Source: a virus. From it: a stretch of DNA of 64,000 bases. The notes under the pieces were generated by a model that did not search any database, was not told the DNA's origin, and was given only the letters and a program-made list of their open reading frames with translations. Shown here piece by piece: positions 37,476 through 47,303 of this stretch; the first letter of the stretch is position 1, and each line of letters starts with the position of its first letter. The stretch lies in the IMG/VR virus record IMGVR_UViG_3300027503_000002; one strand, given 5' to 3'. The translations under genes were made by a program, and so were the position numbers.

Positions 37476-37880
37476 ATGAATCTCACCTCATTAGCGCCCG
37501 CAGGATTGGTAAGCGCCCAAAGCCCACTTACAGACCCAGTTATTATTGGGACAATAAAGGAAGACATCTACACAATCAATGACGGCGTTGGGTTTGAAGT
37601 TGATCCGGGCAACGGGTCGATTCAATTGGTTGCTCTTGCTGCCAACCGCAGTCCACAAGCTACTAACTTTCTTGCGGGCGAAAGTGTTACTTTGATGGTA
37701 GATGATGGCAGCGGCTACGCTTTGACTTGGACAGGAGCAACTTGGGGCACGGGCTCAATTAGCGGTGTTAGCTGGGTTGGTGGCAACGCGCCAGTTTTAG
37801 CGGCGACTGGGTACACTGTATTGCAGTTTTGGAAGATCGACACTAGAATTTACGGCGCTTTAGTTGGTAATGTTTTATGA
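37476..37880 (+). CDS. Tail-fibre C-terminal-like module protein
   Basis: VDPGNGSIQ...GESVTLMVDDG...VSWVGGNAPVL...YTVLQFWK resembles fibre-tip domains. Confidence 0.5.
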   Translation: MNLTSLAPAGLVSAQSPLTDPVIIGTIKEDIYTINDGVGFEVDPGNGSIQLVALAANRSPQATNFLAGESVTLMVDDGSGYALTWTGATWGTGSISGVSWVGGNAPVLAATGYTVLQFWKIDTRIYGALVGNVL

Positions 37881-39925
37881 GGCACCACTTCGTAAGAAGT
37901 TTAGCTGGGTCAAGAGATCCAAATTTTAAAAATGTAACCTTGTTGTTGCACGGAGATGGAACAAACGGGGGACAGAATAATACATTTTTAGACAGTAGCG
38001 CGAGCAATAACGCTATTACCAGAACTGGAAATGTAACACAGGGATCATTTAGCCCATACGGAGATAGGTGGAGTAATTATTTTGATGGAACAGGCGATTA
38101 TTTAGTTACTGCCGCTAATACTGCTTTCCAGCTAGGAACTGGAGATTTTTCAGTTGATCTTTGGTTTTATCAAATTGGCAGCACAGCCAGTATTGGAACT
38201 CGCGCTATTTTTGGTATAGGGAATAATGGGCAAACTGGAGATATTCAACTTTTTAATTGGTGGCCCTTTGGAGGTAATCCAGCAAATACACTAGCATTAA
38301 ATTCATCTGCTGGTGGCACACTTGTAGTTACAAATACCGCTTATATCCCAAATACTTGGAATCATGTTGCAATTTCTAGAGCCTCTGGAGTAGTTTCTAT
38401 TTATTTAAATGGTGTTCGTGTAGCTAATGCCAGTTTTACAACCAATGCTTCGTACAATATATTAACAATTGGGCGCCCTTATACTAATTTAAGTCAGGAA
38501 CATTGGCTTGGTTACATTTCAAACTTTCGTTTAGTTAAAGGAGTGGCGCTTTATTCTGGGACAAATATTAATGTTCCAACCTCTCCACTTTCTGCTATTG
38601 CGAATACATCCATATTAACTTGTCAATCCAATCGCTTTCGCGACGCTAGCTCTAACAACTTTACCATCACCCGCAATGGCGATGTTTCTGTTCAACGTTT
38701 TTCCCCACTCTCTCCAGACGCAGAATACAGAACAGATAGAATTGCAGGCAGTGCATATTTTGATGGGAGTGATTACTTACTTGCGGCAAACAGAGCGCTA
38801 AGACTTGCATCTGGATTTTTTACAGCAGAATGCTGGGTTTACTTAAGTAGTTCTCCAGCAAGTGATTTTTCTGGATATACAATATTTTCTGATTATTATT
38901 GGAGCGGCGGTAACACTGGAGGGTATTTTGTTACTATCGGGAATAATGGCAAAGTTAATTTATTTGCCTCTTCTGGAACTTTCAACACACAGTCCTCTAA
39001 TATTTTAGCTTCAAACAATTCTATAACTCATGGACAATGGAATCATATTGCAATTGTTAGAGGCGCGGGAGACTTAATAAATATATACATAAACGGAGTA
39101 TCAACTACAACACCAATCGCTAGAACTTCCCTACAACTTTCTAGCGGTGGCGCTGGAAATCATCAAAGTATGGTAGGCGCTAGAGTACATGATACTGTTA
39201 GTATATATGGCGGATTTATTGGAATTATTTCTGATGTAAGAGTAATAAATGGCAAATGTTTATATACTGCCAATTTCACCCCGCCAACTGAACCTTTGAC
39301 AGCTATTCCAGAAACAACATTCTTGGGCAGATTCGCTAACGGATCTATTGTGGATAATGCGATGATGAATAATTGGGAGACTGTAAACAGTACACAAATT
39401 AGCACAAGTATTAAAAAATACGGAACTGGATCTATATATAATCCAGCAGGCTCATCTTTAAGAGTAAACTCAATTGCTCCAAATGCTTTTGGCACGGGCG
39501 ACTTTACTGTTGAATTTTGGCTTTATCCACTTGGCACTCAATTTGGAACTCCAATATCAAATTGGACTGGACCCGGCAACTGGGCTTTCTTATTTGAAGG
39601 CCAGCAAATAACATTTTCTGGGCCGGCTGCTGGATATCAAGTTTTTGTAAAAGATCCTACAAATATAACACTAAACCAATGGACTCATATTGCAGTTAGC
39701 AGAGCTTCTGGAACGATGAGACTTTTTAGAAATGGAATTGTTGTGGCATCTGCTGCTAACTCGACCAATTTTACTGCTGCTGGGCAATTATCTATTGGCA
39801 GTTTATATGGAGATGGTGCTTCTTGGCAATTTAACGGCTATTTTGATGATATAAGAATAACATCTGGCATAGCCAGATACACTTCGGATTTCGCCCCACC
39901 CACAGCCCCACTTCCTGACTTTTAA
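37877..39925 (+). CDS. Triple LamG/concanavalin A-like lectin-domain protein (putative receptor binding)
   Basis: Three units of GTGDF(S/T)V(D/E).W...W.H(V/I)A..R....(Y/F).NG...G.I...R...G...Y; N-terminal LLLHGDG. Confidence 0.8.
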   Translation: MRHHFVRSLAGSRDPNFKNVTLLLHGDGTNGGQNNTFLDSSASNNAITRTGNVTQGSFSPYGDRWSNYFDGTGDYLVTAANTAFQLGTGDFSVDLWFYQIGSTASIGTRAIFGIGNNGQTGDIQLFNWWPFGGNPANTLALNSSAGGTLVVTNTAYIPNTWNHVAISRASGVVSIYLNGVRVANASFTTNASYNILTIGRPYTNLSQEHWLGYISNFRLVKGVALYSGTNINVPTSPLSAIANTSILTCQSNRFRDASSNNFTITRNGDVSVQRFSPLSPDAEYRTDRIAGSAYFDGSDYLLAANRALRLASGFFTAECWVYLSSSPASDFSGYTIFSDYYWSGGNTGGYFVTIGNNGKVNLFASSGTFNTQSSNILASNNSITHGQWNHIAIVRGAGDLINIYINGVSTTTPIARTSLQLSSGGAGNHQSMVGARVHDTVSIYGGFIGIISDVRVINGKCLYTANFTPPTEPLTAIPETTFLGRFANGSIVDNAMMNNWETVNSTQISTSIKKYGTGSIYNPAGSSLRVNSIAPNAFGTGDFTVEFWLYPLGTQFGTPISNWTGPGNWAFLFEGQQITFSGPAAGYQVFVKDPTNITLNQWTHIAVSRASGTMRLFRNGIVVASAANSTNFTAAGQLSIGSLYGDGASWQFNGYFDDIRITSGIARYTSDFAPPTAPLPDF

Positions 39926-39927
39926 TT

Positions 39928-40410
39928 ATGAATATCGCCATCATCAACAATGGTCAAGTCACTCAAGTTGGTGACTACAGAGCTTTATTTCCCAACACCA
40001 GCTTTCCGCCTAGCGGCCCCAACGACCTTTTCCTTTCTGAGAATAATGCAATGAAGGTTAATCTCTGGAAGGAGTATAATCCAGCCACTGAAAAACTTGT
40101 CAGCTGTGAGCCTTACATTGAGAACGGTTGGGTTTATACAGTAACGGTTCAAGCTTTGACGCCAGAAGAGATCGCGGAGCGCGACATTGTCCCACCTTAC
40201 AGAGTCACTAAGGATACCATTACTAGCAGAGTTTTGGAAGCCAATAAACTACCTGACTTGATGGCGCTGATAGCTTCGCTACCCGCAGAGCAGAAGTTTC
40301 TTTGGGAAGGTTTCTCTTGGTTTTGGAATAATAATCAAACAGTTCGCGGTATGGCGACCCAGATTGGGCTGGACCCAGAAGTTGTTTTGGCGCCAGATCC
40401 TTATCTTTAA
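39928..40410 (+). CDS. Hypothetical protein, putative fibre assembly chaperone
   Basis: LFPNTSFP...PYIENGWVYTV; follows the LamG gene. Confidence 0.5.
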   Translation: MNIAIINNGQVTQVGDYRALFPNTSFPPSGPNDLFLSENNAMKVNLWKEYNPATEKLVSCEPYIENGWVYTVTVQALTPEEIAERDIVPPYRVTKDTITSRVLEANKLPDLMALIASLPAEQKFLWEGFSWFWNNNQTVRGMATQIGLDPEVVLAPDPYL

Positions 40411-40414
40411 TTCG

Positions 40415-40422
40415 GTGTAAAT
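40415..40422 (+). promoter_or_regulatory. GTGTAAAT motif, putative late promoter
   Basis: Starts 15 nt before the ATG at 40430. Confidence 0.65.
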
Positions 40423-40429
40423 ATAAAGT

Positions 40430-40564
40430 ATGAATCTTTCTACTGCAATTCCTGCTGGATTAGTTGGCCCTCAAGGTGCCGCTGGCACATCAGGCACCAG
40501 TGGAACGAGCGGCACCGCACCAGACGATGACCAAAACGTCATCGCAAACCAAGTCTTTAGCTAA
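40430..40564 (+). CDS. 44-aa peptide with (GTS)n collagen-like stretch (not in the ORF track)
   Basis: MNLSTAIPAGLVGPQGAAGTSGTSGTSGTAPDDDQNVIANQVFS; preceded by the late motif; N-terminus resembles the 37476 ORF. Confidence 0.7.
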   Translation: MNLSTAIPAGLVGPQGAAGTSGTSGTSGTAPDDDQNVIANQVFS

Positions 40565-40572
40565 TTTAAAAA

Positions 40573-40935
40573 ATGGCAACATTCTCAAAAGTACTCTTAT
40601 CGGGCTCAACCCAAGGCAAAGCCATTAAAGTTGCAGCCACAACATCAACCGGCACCACAATTCACGCGACTGGCACATCGTCCTCAGTTATTGATGAGGT
40701 GTGGCTGTATGCATATAATTCATCAGCTAGCGCAGTTGTACTCACGATTCAATACGGTGGAACCACTGCGGTTGACAATGATATTAAATTAACTATTCCC
40801 GCAACTTCTGGATTGACGCTAGTTGTGCCCGGTTTAATATTAACTGGTACAGGTTCTGCCGCAAATACAGTTTATGCTTATGCTGGAACAACAAATGTTA
40901 TTACAATTTCTGGTTACGTTAATAGAATTTCATAA
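40573..40935 (+). CDS. Small beta-rich structural-type protein
   Basis: DEVWLYAYN...GLTLVVPGLIL...ISGYVNRI. Confidence 0.6.
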   Translation: MATFSKVLLSGSTQGKAIKVAATTSTGTTIHATGTSSSVIDEVWLYAYNSSASAVVLTIQYGGTTAVDNDIKLTIPATSGLTLVVPGLILTGTGSAANTVYAYAGTTNVITISGYVNRIS

Positions 40936-41834
40936 TGGCTAATCCGTTAAAAAGAGCGGTTTCTTCCAGTCAAGTGTCAGACTGGTTTTCTTCATCGAGT
41001 TCAATATCGACGCCTTCTAGAAGACAGAGTTTTCAAGTTGAGTACTTGGTTGTCTCTGGCGGCGGCGGTGGCGGCGCCGTCAATTCTTCTAATGGAAGTG
41101 CTGGTGGAGGAGGTGGAGGAGGCTTATTAATTGGAGCTTTAACTTTAAATTTAAATCAATCTTACTCTATTACAGTTGGTGCAGGAGGGGCTGGAAATAC
41201 GAAAACAGGAGATTTTAGAGGCACCAATGGAACTGACTCAATTTTTTCATCTGTATCAACTAATGGCGGGGGAGGCGGTGGATCAGGCGACAGTGGTACT
41301 CGTCTCGGTAAATCGGGAGGCTCTGGTGGCGGAACTGGATATAACGGAGGATCTACTGGTGGAGCAGGCAATACGCCTCCAACTACTCCAAGTCAGGGCA
41401 ATAATGGCGGCGGCGGCGGGCCAGCAGGCTCACCCTATGGCGGTGGTGGTGGCGGTGGTGCGGGCGCTGTTGGAGCATCTGGTCACGGTGGAGGAGGCGG
41501 CAATGGCTCGATTTCTTCTATAACTGGCGCAGCGGTATATTACGCTGGTGGCGGTGGTGGAGGTAACGAAGGAGCTTCTGCTGGAAGTGGCGGATTTGGT
41601 GGCGGTGGAAATGGAACAAGAAGCGGCTCTGGCATTAACGGAACGCAAAACTTAGGTGGCGGTGGTGGCGGAGCGGGCGGCGTTGCAGGCGGAAACGGAG
41701 GTAACGGCGGCTCTGGAGTAGTGATTTTAAAAAGTTCATTTCAGGCAACCTCTACCACTGGTTCCCCTAGCTTGACTACTAGTGAAGGATATTACATTTA
41801 CACATTTAATTCTAGCGGGAGTATAACTTTTTAA
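40935..41834 (+). CDS. Glycine-rich domain protein (adhesin-like)
   Basis: VEYLVVSGGGGGG...YSITVGAGG...YYAGGGGG...GGSGVVIL...IYTFNSSG. Confidence 0.75.
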   Translation: MANPLKRAVSSSQVSDWFSSSSSISTPSRRQSFQVEYLVVSGGGGGGAVNSSNGSAGGGGGGGLLIGALTLNLNQSYSITVGAGGAGNTKTGDFRGTNGTDSIFSSVSTNGGGGGGSGDSGTRLGKSGGSGGGTGYNGGSTGGAGNTPPTTPSQGNNGGGGGPAGSPYGGGGGGGAGAVGASGHGGGGGNGSISSITGAAVYYAGGGGGGNEGASAGSGGFGGGGNGTRSGSGINGTQNLGGGGGGAGGVAGGNGGNGGSGVVILKSSFQATSTTGSPSLTTSEGYYIYTFNSSGSITF

Positions 41835-42200
41835 ATGGCTCATTTCGCAAAAATCGACGACGATAATATTGTTCAACAAGTAATTGTTGTATCTAACAGC
41901 GATTGTCTTGATTCCAACGGGCAAGAAAGTGAAGCTATTGGCATAGCTTTTTGCCAAAATCTTTTTGGCGGCGGTCGCTGGGTCCAAACTTCTTATAACA
42001 ATAATATTCGTGTGCGCTATGCTGGAATTGGTTACCGCTACGACGAAGTTCGCGACGCTTTCATCGCCCCTCAACCTTATTTATCTTGGACTTTTAATGA
42101 AACAACATTAGACTGGCAGGCACCGATTCCATATCCAAACGATGGCAAGGTTTATGTATGGAACGAACCAACTCTTCAATGGATAGAAGTTCCAGTGTAA
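41835..42200 (+). CDS. Conserved phage protein that accompanies Gly-rich genes
   Basis: MAHFAKID...WVQTSYN...YAGIGYRYD..RDAFIAPQPY.SW...WQAPIPYP. Confidence 0.7.
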   Translation: MAHFAKIDDDNIVQQVIVVSNSDCLDSNGQESEAIGIAFCQNLFGGGRWVQTSYNNNIRVRYAGIGYRYDEVRDAFIAPQPYLSWTFNETTLDWQAPIPYPNDGKVYVWNEPTLQWIEVPV

Positions 42201-42202
42201 AT
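42195..42202 (+). promoter_or_regulatory. GTGTAAAT motif, putative late promoter
   Basis: Starts 15 nt before the ATG at 42210 and overlaps the previous stop codon. Confidence 0.6.
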
Positions 42203-42209
42203 TTAATAT

Positions 42210-42422
42210 ATGCCACTACCAACTCCTAAGAAAAATCAAGAAGAAGACGATTTCATCTCGTCCTGTATGGGTTCCGAGACAATGAACAAAGAGTACCCAA
42301 ATCAAAAGCAGCGCGCTGCGATTTGCTACTCCCAATACCGCCGTAAGAAGAAAAAGGCGCAAGGTTCAATGGACGAAACCAAGTGGGACGAGGGTGACGT
42401 TTCTCGCGTTATTATCGAATAA
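42210..42422 (+). CDS. Small conserved phage protein
   Basis: MPLPTP...FISSCM...EYP..KQRAAICYSQY. Confidence 0.65.
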   Translation: MPLPTPKKNQEEDDFISSCMGSETMNKEYPNQKQRAAICYSQYRRKKKKAQGSMDETKWDEGDVSRVIIE

Positions 42423-42473
42423 AAGTTCTTTAAATCAGAACGGGCGCATTTATCATCGTTAAACTGATGATTT

Positions 42474-42938
42474 ATGCGCCTTAATTTTTATAAACCCAAC
42501 AAGTCGAATACAGGTACAGCGGTATCTTTTAACACATCTTATAAGGACAAGGATCAGACAAAAGGCGAAGCTCCAGATCTTTACGTAAGCTTCGTCAAGC
42601 AGGCAGGATGGAACGAGCAGACCCGCAAGGGCTCATTCTCAGAAAACGCCAAAAACCCAGAGAAGACTGCGGCGCTAAAGCTTAACGAGACAGAGGCGGC
42701 ATCGATTATTCGTGCAGTAAGGTGCTCGTCTAAGTTCTCTACTGTTCACGCTTATCAGGGCTCAACAACATCAATTATGTTTGGGCCGTATCAAAAGAAG
42801 AGTGGCGAAGACGCTTTCTCATTTAGTATCAAGAAGGGTGAGCAATCCTTCCTGATCGGCTTTGAGCTTGGTGAGGCCGAGCTTATTGCTCAGTATATGG
42901 AAAACTATCTTCGCGTTTTCTTTGAGTGTTCAGTATGA
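42474..42938 (+). CDS. Hypothetical protein
   Basis: Intact 154-aa ORF with an ATGA overlap to the next gene. Confidence 0.6.
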   Translation: MRLNFYKPNKSNTGTAVSFNTSYKDKDQTKGEAPDLYVSFVKQAGWNEQTRKGSFSENAKNPEKTAALKLNETEAASIIRAVRCSSKFSTVHAYQGSTTSIMFGPYQKKSGEDAFSFSIKKGEQSFLIGFELGEAELIAQYMENYLRVFFECSV

Positions 42939-44851
42939 AAAAGACCGTAGTTCTCCACAGTAATCACAGCAGAGCTTTTACAGGTTTTGGCAAGAATATG
43001 CGAAATGTTCTTCGCTATTTGCATAAGACTGGTAAGTACAATCTTGTTGAGTTTGCCAATGCAAAAACTAAAGACTCTGAAGAGCTAAAAACATTACCGT
43101 GGAGAGCTTACGGTACACTGCCAGAAAACAGTAAACTGCAATCGTTTGGCGGCGATCAAACCAAGATCAGAACTGCGGCTTATGGTCTGTATGAGATTGA
43201 CGGTTTAATGAAAGAGGTCAAGCCTGATTTCTATATCGGCATTGAGGATATCTGGGCCTTGGCTCCGTTAGTCGAAAAGAAGTGGTGGAACCAAAACTGT
43301 ATGATTTGGACAACCTTGGACTCCCTGCCCATTTATCCAGATGCGCTCAAAATGATTCCCAAGGTAAATCATTATTATGCTTGGGCCTCCTTTGTTTCCA
43401 AGGAGGTCAAACGTCTTGGTTATGATGAAGGCGCAATCAAAACACTTAGAGGAGCGGGCGAGACTTCTGCCTTTTACAGACTTAGCGACGAGAATCGCGC
43501 CGCTCTGAGAAAAGAGTTTAATCTGTCTGATGAGTTCATCATTGGCTTCGTGTTCCGAAATCAGCTTCGCAAAAGCGTGCCAAACCTCCTGCAAGGCTTC
43601 AAGATCTTCAAGGATAAGAACCCCAAGGTAAAAGCCAAGCTTTTGCTTCACACCCACTGGTCAGAAGGCTGGGACATTCCTCGCTTGATCAAGGATGCCG
43701 GTATTGAAAACTCGGACGTTCTCACCACCTACTTCTGCAAAAGCTGCAAGCAGTTTGAAGTGAAGCCGTTTATCGGCCAAAAGATTCAGTGCAGATACTG
43801 TGGCGCCAAAGGAACTGTCGAAACCACAAATATATCAGACGGAGTATCAGAAGCACAGCTTAACGAAATATATAACTTAATGGATGTTTACTGCCATCCG
43901 TTCACTAGTGGTGGGCAGGAGATTCCAATCACAGAAGCTAAACTAACAGAGCTTGTCACCTTAGTAACAAACTATTCTTGTGGCGAAGACTTCTCCACGG
44001 AAGAGAGCGGCGGTATCCCATTGAATTGGAAACCTTATTACGAACCAGGTAGTAATTTTATTAAAGCTACCACTCTTCCAGAATCAATTGCCGAAAAGCT
44101 TGAGAGGGTATATAAGATGAGTCCTTCCAAGCGCGCCGAGATGGGTAAGGTTGGACGACGATTCGTAATCGACAACTTGTCTGCCGAAATTATTGGCAAA
44201 CAGTTGGAAAAAATCATCGATGAAGCTCCTCAAGTTGAGTGGGATTTTAATACTTCTTTTGTGCCCCGCGACCCAAGCTACAATGGCAAAGAAGAACTTC
44301 AGAACTTAGACTGGGTCATTGACCTGTACGCCAACATTTTAAAGGTCAAGGTGGACCCAAATGACGACGGCGTAAAAAGCTGGATGAGCCAGCTAAACAA
44401 TGGAATCCCCCGCGAGCAAATTCTAAACTACTTTAAAAACGTTGGCGCGAAAGAGAATCAAGAAAACATCAAAATTGAGTTCTCTGATGTACTGGATAAG
44501 AATGATAAAGGTCGAAGAATCTTATTTGTAATGCCAGAAAGTGCGGGAGATGTATTCCTATCCACTTCTTTACTACCCTCGATCAAGAAGCTTTATCCAG
44601 ATTTTAATATTTATTTTGCAACTAAACCTGAATATTTAAATATCCTAGAGGGTAATCCACTAATCCACAAAACCATTGTGTTTAGTCCTTTTATGGAAAA
44701 CCTCTTAACAATGGAAGGTCACGGCGCTTATGAAGGCTACTTTAATCTTGCTTACCTACCTCACTTTGGCACCCAAAAGCTTTTTGACTATCAGCACAAT
44801 GGTGCCGATCTTATCGAATTAAATCTCTATTCCGAAAATGCACATTCTTGA
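42935..44851 (+). CDS. Multidomain glycosyltransferase: GT4-like with Zn-ribbon insert, DUF4214-like helix bundle, GT9-like N-domain
   Basis: TGFG, FRNQLRKSVP, CKSC...CRYC, IYNLMDVYCHPFTSGGQEIPITEA, LYANILK...GVKSW...GIPREQI, ESAGDV...NPLIH. Confidence 0.75.
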   Translation: MKKTVVLHSNHSRAFTGFGKNMRNVLRYLHKTGKYNLVEFANAKTKDSEELKTLPWRAYGTLPENSKLQSFGGDQTKIRTAAYGLYEIDGLMKEVKPDFYIGIEDIWALAPLVEKKWWNQNCMIWTTLDSLPIYPDALKMIPKVNHYYAWASFVSKEVKRLGYDEGAIKTLRGAGETSAFYRLSDENRAALRKEFNLSDEFIIGFVFRNQLRKSVPNLLQGFKIFKDKNPKVKAKLLLHTHWSEGWDIPRLIKDAGIENSDVLTTYFCKSCKQFEVKPFIGQKIQCRYCGAKGTVETTNISDGVSEAQLNEIYNLMDVYCHPFTSGGQEIPITEAKLTELVTLVTNYSCGEDFSTEESGGIPLNWKPYYEPGSNFIKATTLPESIAEKLERVYKMSPSKRAEMGKVGRRFVIDNLSAEIIGKQLEKIIDEAPQVEWDFNTSFVPRDPSYNGKEELQNLDWVIDLYANILKVKVDPNDDGVKSWMSQLNNGIPREQILNYFKNVGAKENQENIKIEFSDVLDKNDKGRRILFVMPESAGDVFLSTSLLPSIKKLYPDFNIYFATKPEYLNILEGNPLIHKTIVFSPFMENLLTMEGHGAYEGYFNLAYLPHFGTQKLFDYQHNGADLIELNLYSENAHS

Positions 44852-46013
44852 GCGTTACGCCCTTTCTTGTGGAGTTAAAATAGATAAGCCATTTATTTTG
44901 GAGCAGTATTATCCAATAGCCTTGGACAAATACATTGTTTTTCAAACTAGCGGCAAGGGTAACTCCAGACAATACGATTACTGGCTAAAGGTTTTCCAAT
45001 ACATCAGAGAATATACCAAAGATTATAAAATCGTTCACGTAGGGGTAGAAAGCGACCAAAGTGTTGCAGGAGTCGATCTTGATCTCAGGGGTAAGACCAG
45101 TATCAGACAGCTAGCATATCTTATTAAAAACAGTTGCTTATACCTTGGAATTGACAGTTTATCGACCCATTTGGCAGGACACTACGACAAGAAGATCGTC
45201 GCCCTGTATTCTTATTGCTATGCTCAGAACTGCTTTCCAATCTGGGGCAAGCGCCATAACCGCTCATTGATTGAGGTTAATTGGGCGGAACAAGGTAAAC
45301 CTTCCTTCTCCCTAACCGAAAAGAAAAAGAATATTAATACAGTTAAGCCCGAGATCATCGCTAAGGCAGCTTTGGATCATCTTGGAGTAACTAACAACCT
45401 AGATCTGGTAAAAACTCTTTTTATTGGCGCGGAGTATCACAACCCAACCATAGAAGTTGTCCCCGACTCAACCAGCTATCCAATCTTTATCAAAGATAAA
45501 ATCTGCAACGTCAGAATGGATTATCATTTTGATGAGCAGAACCTAATGCGGCTAGCTAGTATCTGCAAAGTTAATATTGTTACTGCAAAAGAGATCAATA
45601 TTAATATTTTAAATTCGATCAAAGCAAAAATTTGTGGTCTAAACGTCATCGCCAGCAATGATATCTCAGAAGAATACCTGACCAAAGTGAAGTCGTTAGG
45701 TATCAAATTGAATCTTTCGGCACCATTTAATGACGAGTGGTCCGCGCTTTGTGAAAAATTCTTTGATTTTAAATTAGATAAGGACGAGGTTATCACCAAG
45801 TCCAGAATTAAAAATGCATCAGAAATCGACGAATCTTGCAATTTTAATTCTGAAAAAATCATCTTTTCGGAAGGAAAAGTGTATTCGTGCAAACTTTTTT
45901 GGGAAAAGAAGCAGCCAAAGCTTGACAGGTCAGCGAAAGTCGTAGATGATCAGGCATTCTGGCAGGAGTCAGATTACTTCTACATTTACAAAGATGAGCG
46001 ACCAAACCTTTAA
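44838..46013 (+). CDS. GT9-like glycosyltransferase (C-terminal-domain type)
   Basis: DLRGKTSIRQLAYLIKNSCLYLGIDSLSTHLA. Confidence 0.7.
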   Translation: MHILERYALSCGVKIDKPFILEQYYPIALDKYIVFQTSGKGNSRQYDYWLKVFQYIREYTKDYKIVHVGVESDQSVAGVDLDLRGKTSIRQLAYLIKNSCLYLGIDSLSTHLAGHYDKKIVALYSYCYAQNCFPIWGKRHNRSLIEVNWAEQGKPSFSLTEKKKNINTVKPEIIAKAALDHLGVTNNLDLVKTLFIGAEYHNPTIEVVPDSTSYPIFIKDKICNVRMDYHFDEQNLMRLASICKVNIVTAKEININILNSIKAKICGLNVIASNDISEEYLTKVKSLGIKLNLSAPFNDEWSALCEKFFDFKLDKDEVITKSRIKNASEIDESCNFNSEKIIFSEGKVYSCKLFWEKKQPKLDRSAKVVDDQAFWQESDYFYIYKDERPNL

Positions 46014-46764
46014 TAAACCAACTCTCCGCGATAGTCGCGGTTTTCTTTCCAACGTTAACTACATTCTAAATAAGGATGGCACAGTCAACTGGCGCGCAAT
46101 GGTGAATCCGGCGCACCTGTATCCCAACAAGGACTGGTTTGAGCGTAGAAACCGCCCTGTGCCAGAGGCTTATACTCCAGATCTCAGAGATGAGCAGCTT
46201 CTTATCAAGCTTGGCGGCATCAAGGAAGTTGCAAAGCTTCGCGGATATAATAGAATCACCTTTGCTTTCCCAAAGCTTGAAAAAGATTATGTCGTCGCCA
46301 CTTGCACAATCGATTGGATGACTAATCAAGAATCCACGAATCCAATTGCTGGAGAAGACGCTTGGGAATCTCTAAGCACGATGGATGTAGCTAATGCTAC
46401 TTACGATAATACCGATGGCTTTGGCCAGAAGTTTCTTGAGACAATCGCCGCAAATCGCGCCTTTGTTCGCACAGTCCGCAACTTCCTTGGTATTCATATC
46501 GTTGGCGAGGATGAAATCTCTAAGAAGCCAATCACCGCCGCCGCATCTTCTAGCAACAGCGATGTTTCTCCTCAAGCTATTCTTGAAAAGAAGTTCGCCG
46601 CCAGTAATGAAGGCTCTGAGTTCTCAGACTTCAAGAATTGGCTGCGTCAGCTTTGGGTTGACGAGACTTATCGCAACGAAGACGCAAAGAACTGGAAGAG
46701 TTGGTCTGATGTTCCTGCAAAGGAAGCCCGTACCCTTATCAAGCAGCTTGCAAAGTCAGAATGA
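45994..46764 (+). CDS. Putative Rad52/Sak-like single-strand annealing protein
   Basis: IKLGGI..VA, VVATCTI, ANAT..N, ETIAANRAFVRTVRNFLGI. Start placed at the ATG at 45994. Confidence 0.45.
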   Translation: MSDQTFNKPTLRDSRGFLSNVNYILNKDGTVNWRAMVNPAHLYPNKDWFERRNRPVPEAYTPDLRDEQLLIKLGGIKEVAKLRGYNRITFAFPKLEKDYVVATCTIDWMTNQESTNPIAGEDAWESLSTMDVANATYDNTDGFGQKFLETIAANRAFVRTVRNFLGIHIVGEDEISKKPITAAASSSNSDVSPQAILEKKFAASNEGSEFSDFKNWLRQLWVDETYRNEDAKNWKSWSDVPAKEARTLIKQLAKSE

Positions 46765-47231
46765 CCAAGAGAATAATCAACGCTAGCGAACTGCGGAAGA
46801 TCCTTCTGAAAATGAAGGATAGTCAGCATTTAGAAAAGATTTTAAATAAGCAGAGTCACGTTGCTGGCAAATGGGATATTGACCATTTGATCGAGCAGCT
46901 TGTTCAGCTTGTTCTTGTCTTTAAACAGAATGCGGTTGTAGTTTGCCACTTTGATGGCGACAAGCCAACCTCTCTGTTCGCTGGCTTGATCTCAGAAGAT
47001 TGGGCGTGTGGAAAATTAGGCTTGACTGAAATCATTTGGGTTTCAGTCGAGCCGTCAATGTTTGGCGGTTTTAGAATTTTACAAGAGGTCGAGAAAATTA
47101 TTGTCCATCAAAAGATTGACTTCTTGTCGATGAACTATATGTGTAATGGTGGAGATCCGAGAATTCAGCAGTTTTTGATGAATAACGGATTTCGCTTGGA
47201 TACACTTTCTTTCGTCAAGAACTATAAATAG
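46761..47231 (+). CDS. GNAT-fold-like protein
   Basis: LTEIIWVS...GGFRILQEVEK...FLMNNGFR. Confidence 0.4.
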   Translation: MTKRIINASELRKILLKMKDSQHLEKILNKQSHVAGKWDIDHLIEQLVQLVLVFKQNAVVVCHFDGDKPTSLFAGLISEDWACGKLGLTEIIWVSVEPSMFGGFRILQEVEKIIVHQKIDFLSMNYMCNGGDPRIQQFLMNNGFRLDTLSFVKNYK

Positions 47232-47303
47232 TTCTTGACAAAGGTTTTTAGTTCCAAACCCTAATGTCTGATATGTAAAATATCTTACCTATTTTTACTT
47301 TCT

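Noticed and set aside
37877-41834. Diversity-generating retroelement target
   Set aside because: No reverse transcriptase and no near-identical TR/VR pair differing at adenines was seen in the window.
47235-47280. Promoter for nrdA (TTGACA at 47235; ATGTAAAA at 47273)
   Set aside because: There is no credible -10 at 16-18 nt from TTGACA, and the late-like motif is at atypical spacing; too ambiguous to call.
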